Below, in pieces: positions 62,118 to 64,000 of a DNA stretch of 64,000 nucleotides. The notes beneath the pieces are model-generated. The model saw only the letters and a list, made by a program, of their open reading frames with translations, did no database searches and had not been told where the DNA came from. Both the position numbers and the translations under genes were made by a program. This stretch comes from an uncultured Candidatus Poseidoniales archaeon (GTDB lineage Archaea; Thermoplasmatota; Poseidoniia; Poseidoniales; Thalassarchaeaceae), in assembly GCA_963934015.1 (NCBI GenBank), contig CAWVWT010000007.1, positions 1,088 through 65,087 of the forward strand, given 5' to 3'. Numbering within the stretch: position 1 is the stretch's first letter; every line of letters starts with the position of its first letter.

Positions 62118-63005
62118 ATGGTAGAGCAAGAATTGCTGCAGGGCCCCCAACTTGATGCGGTTGAAGCCCAACTCCATGCACTGCTGCGAATCCAAGCAAA
62201 ACATGCCTTACCCGTAGATTTGCCCCGGCCGGATTTCTGGCAAGTCTGTTCACAGTTGCTCCAATCCATCGAAATGGCATTGGCAGAAACCAGCCGTGCT
62301 GAAGGATTTTCACCTCGAGCACAAACACTCACACGCCGTCAATCAAATCTCCGGAGATCAATTGCTGATTTGACTCGCCATCGATTGAATGCCTTTGTCA
62401 ATCATGCAGCACTAGCTAATCTTGCAAGCACGCCTTTTGGGGATGCTGCTACTGAAGCCAGCGTAAATCTAGCACCTGTTGATTGGCAACGACAGGATGG
62501 TGCAGAGCGTGCCTTCCATGTCGGGGTATCAGAACTCATTGAGCAATACAAGCGAAATGTTTCGTGGAACGGATTACAACGAGGAGTTCTCAATGCAGAA
62601 ATTATACCGCAACCAACTACACCTGTTGGAAATGCTCAACTCGACCAATTTGTAGACAACCCTGGAGGTTTGACTGGTCAAGAACCACCTGAAATACAAC
62701 CTGATGTTCCGGATGAAGTTTGGCGTGATCCAGACTTTGATGAAGAGGACAAGGTTTCAATGATGGAAGAATTTCCGGAAATTTCTGAAACAATAACAAC
62801 TGATGGAGACCCTGTCGAAACAATAGATGGAAACGGACAAGATGGAATGATACGACTTCGAATTCTCAGAGACATGCCCGAGCCGATTCTGGGTGAATCC
62901 GGTGAAGAAATCGAACTTCTTGAAGGTGATTCGTTCAATTGCGCAGCACTGATGGCTGAAACCCTCATCGCTGCAGGTTGGGCTGAGGCAATCACCCTTG
63001 AATGA
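62118..63005 (+). CDS. GINS-like DNA replication protein (Gins51-type A+B domains) with long acidic linker - tentative
   Basis: The helical N-terminal part ends in ...IADLTRHRLNAFVNHA (resembling the R..KI...A helix of GINS A domains). The C-terminal MIRLRILRDMPEPILGESGEEIELLEGDSFNCAALMAETLIAAGWAEAI resembles the GINS B domain (v.vl.d.p.f.g.dg..y.l.kGd...lp...a..Li..G.A..i). The two parts are separated by ~100 aa of acidic, low-complexity sequence. Confidence 0.45.
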   Translation: MVEQELLQGPQLDAVEAQLHALLRIQAKHALPVDLPRPDFWQVCSQLLQSIEMALAETSRAEGFSPRAQTLTRRQSNLRRSIADLTRHRLNAFVNHAALANLASTPFGDAATEASVNLAPVDWQRQDGAERAFHVGVSELIEQYKRNVSWNGLQRGVLNAEIIPQPTTPVGNAQLDQFVDNPGGLTGQEPPEIQPDVPDEVWRDPDFDEEDKVSMMEEFPEISETITTDGDPVETIDGNGQDGMIRLRILRDMPEPILGESGEEIELLEGDSFNCAALMAETLIAAGWAEAITLE

Positions 63006-63007
63006 GG

Positions 63008-63337
63008 TCAAGCAACATTACGCACACTGAGTTCAATGCTTACCGTATCAGGGTACGCGATTCGCATCACCTGACGTAGTGCAGTTTCATCGGTAGACTT
63101 GCCGATGACTAATTCCAAGAGACGCTTGTGGATTCGCATCTCCCAATGATCCCAAGTCTCGCTACCCTCACCATCAGGTGCCTTGCGGGTTGGCACAATC
63201 AAACGGCGAGTCGGCAATGGAATCGGACCACGTAGTTGGACCCCGGTTTGTTCAGCAATACTTCGAATTGAAGTGCATACATCGTCGAGATCGACATGGT
63301 TCTCACCAGTCAATTTGATAGTGGTAACCGTTGGCAT
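63008..63337 (-). CDS. rps10: 30S ribosomal protein S10
   Basis: The diagnostic sequence is IKLTGENHVDLDDVCTSIRSIAEQTGVQLRGPIPLPTRRLIVPTRKAPDGEGSETWDHWEMRIHKRL. It sits downstream of EF-1alpha, as in most archaea. Confidence 0.95.
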   Translation of the reverse strand: MPTVTTIKLTGENHVDLDDVCTSIRSIAEQTGVQLRGPIPLPTRRLIVPTRKAPDGEGSETWDHWEMRIHKRLLELVIGKSTDETALRQVMRIAYPDTVSIELSVRNVA

Positions 63338-63376
63338 AATGCATCCCTTGTCCGATGGTGTGAATCCGTGTTAATT

Positions 63377-64000
63377 TCACTTCTTCTCAATCTTCATACA
63401 GACGCCAGCTGCAACCGTTTTGCCCATGTCGCGAATTGCGAAGCGGGAAAGTTCGGGGAAAGCATCCATCTGCTCAATTGCCATCGGTTTGGTTGGCATG
63501 AATCGAATCAGGCAAGCATCGCCAGTCACAAGGAAAGCCGGATTGGCTTCCTTACCAGCCTTGGAGGTCTTCTCCAAGAGCTCGACAAAACGAACTGCAA
63601 CCTGAGCCGTGTGCGCGTGAAATACTGGTGTGTAACCTGCTGCAACTGCCTTAGGAATGTCCATCAACTGAATTTGTCCAATAAAGGTCTCATCGTGCCG
63701 GACAAACATTGGTGGTTTGTCAGTGTACCCTGCAATGTCGCCACGGCGGATGTCCTGTGCGGACAAACCACGAACGTTGAATCCAACGTTGTCGCCTGGC
63801 TCTGCCTTGTCAACCATTGTGTGGTGCATCTCGATGCTCTTGACCTCAGCCGACTGCTGGCTGGGGTTGAACACGACAGTCTTTCCAGCATTGAGAATAC
63901 CAGTTTCAATCTTACCAACAGGCACTGTACCAATACCGCTGATCTTGTAAACATCCTGAATTGGAAGTCTAAGAGGGCGGTCGGTTGGCTTTGGACCCAT
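63377..64000 (-). CDS. tuf: translation elongation factor EF-1alpha, C-terminal domains II/III (5' part outside window)
   Basis: KPLRLPIQDVYKISGIGTVPVGKIETGIL..., GDNVGFNVRG and FAIRDMGKTVAAGV are present. The Met at 64000 is internal to the full-length protein. Confidence 0.95.
   Translation of the reverse strand: MGPKPTDRPLRLPIQDVYKISGIGTVPVGKIETGILNAGKTVVFNPSQQSAEVKSIEMHHTMVDKAEPGDNVGFNVRGLSAQDIRRGDIAGYTDKPPMFVRHDETFIGQIQLMDIPKAVAAGYTPVFHAHTAQVAVRFVELLEKTSKAGKEANPAFLVTGDACLIRFMPTKPMAIEQMDAFPELSRFAIRDMGKTVAAGVCMKIEKK

Overview
This is a dense (~95% coding) chromosomal segment from an archaeon. Diagnostic archaeal genes are an Hjc resolvase, a Sec11-type signal peptidase, a presenilin-homologue protease, deoxyhypusine synthase, the rpl7ae-rps28e-rpl24e-ndk-aIF5B block, a GINS-like protein, rps10 and EF-1alpha. 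The remaining content is two giant (1719 and 2061 aa) membrane-anchored surface proteins, secreted peptidases, a methylcrotonyl-CoA carboxylase/leucine catabolism cluster, UvrB, quinone and cytochrome c maturation genes, and many acidic protein tails. That mix fits a marine aerobic heterotrophic euryarchaeote (Poseidoniales/MG-II-like), but this assignment is inference only. I call 48 CDS and 2 tRNAs (Ile-GAU, Leu-CAA). I found no rRNA, CRISPR array, transposase, integrase or prophage, so this is mostly core genome. The signals worth a second look are listed here. (1) Three families of short non-coding palindromes are confined to the few intergenic spacers: the AT palindrome TTCAATTGAA at gene ends, perfect GC palindromes with a CCGTAGG core, and G/C hairpins that bury the Shine-Dalgarno next to start codons. 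(2) A 320-bp AT-rich divergent spacer carries nested repeats. (3) The presenilin homologue carries a ~370-aa ectodomain inserted between TM3 and TM4. (4) A Sec11-type signal peptidase is translationally coupled to an uncharacterised 4-TM protein, next to a giant surface protein gene. (5) A two-gene module pairs an 844-aa Glu/Arg coiled-coil and Pro-rich cytoplasmic protein with a membrane-anchored WD40 + thrombospondin-type-3-repeat ectoprotein. It lies convergent to a ParA-RHH-small ORF (segAB-like) module. (6) A recurrent genome-encoded C-terminal D-E-E-E end appears on 6 of 48 proteins, and the surface proteins share acidic-tryptophan cytoplasmic tails. All functional calls rest on motif recognition by eye, and no database search was possible.
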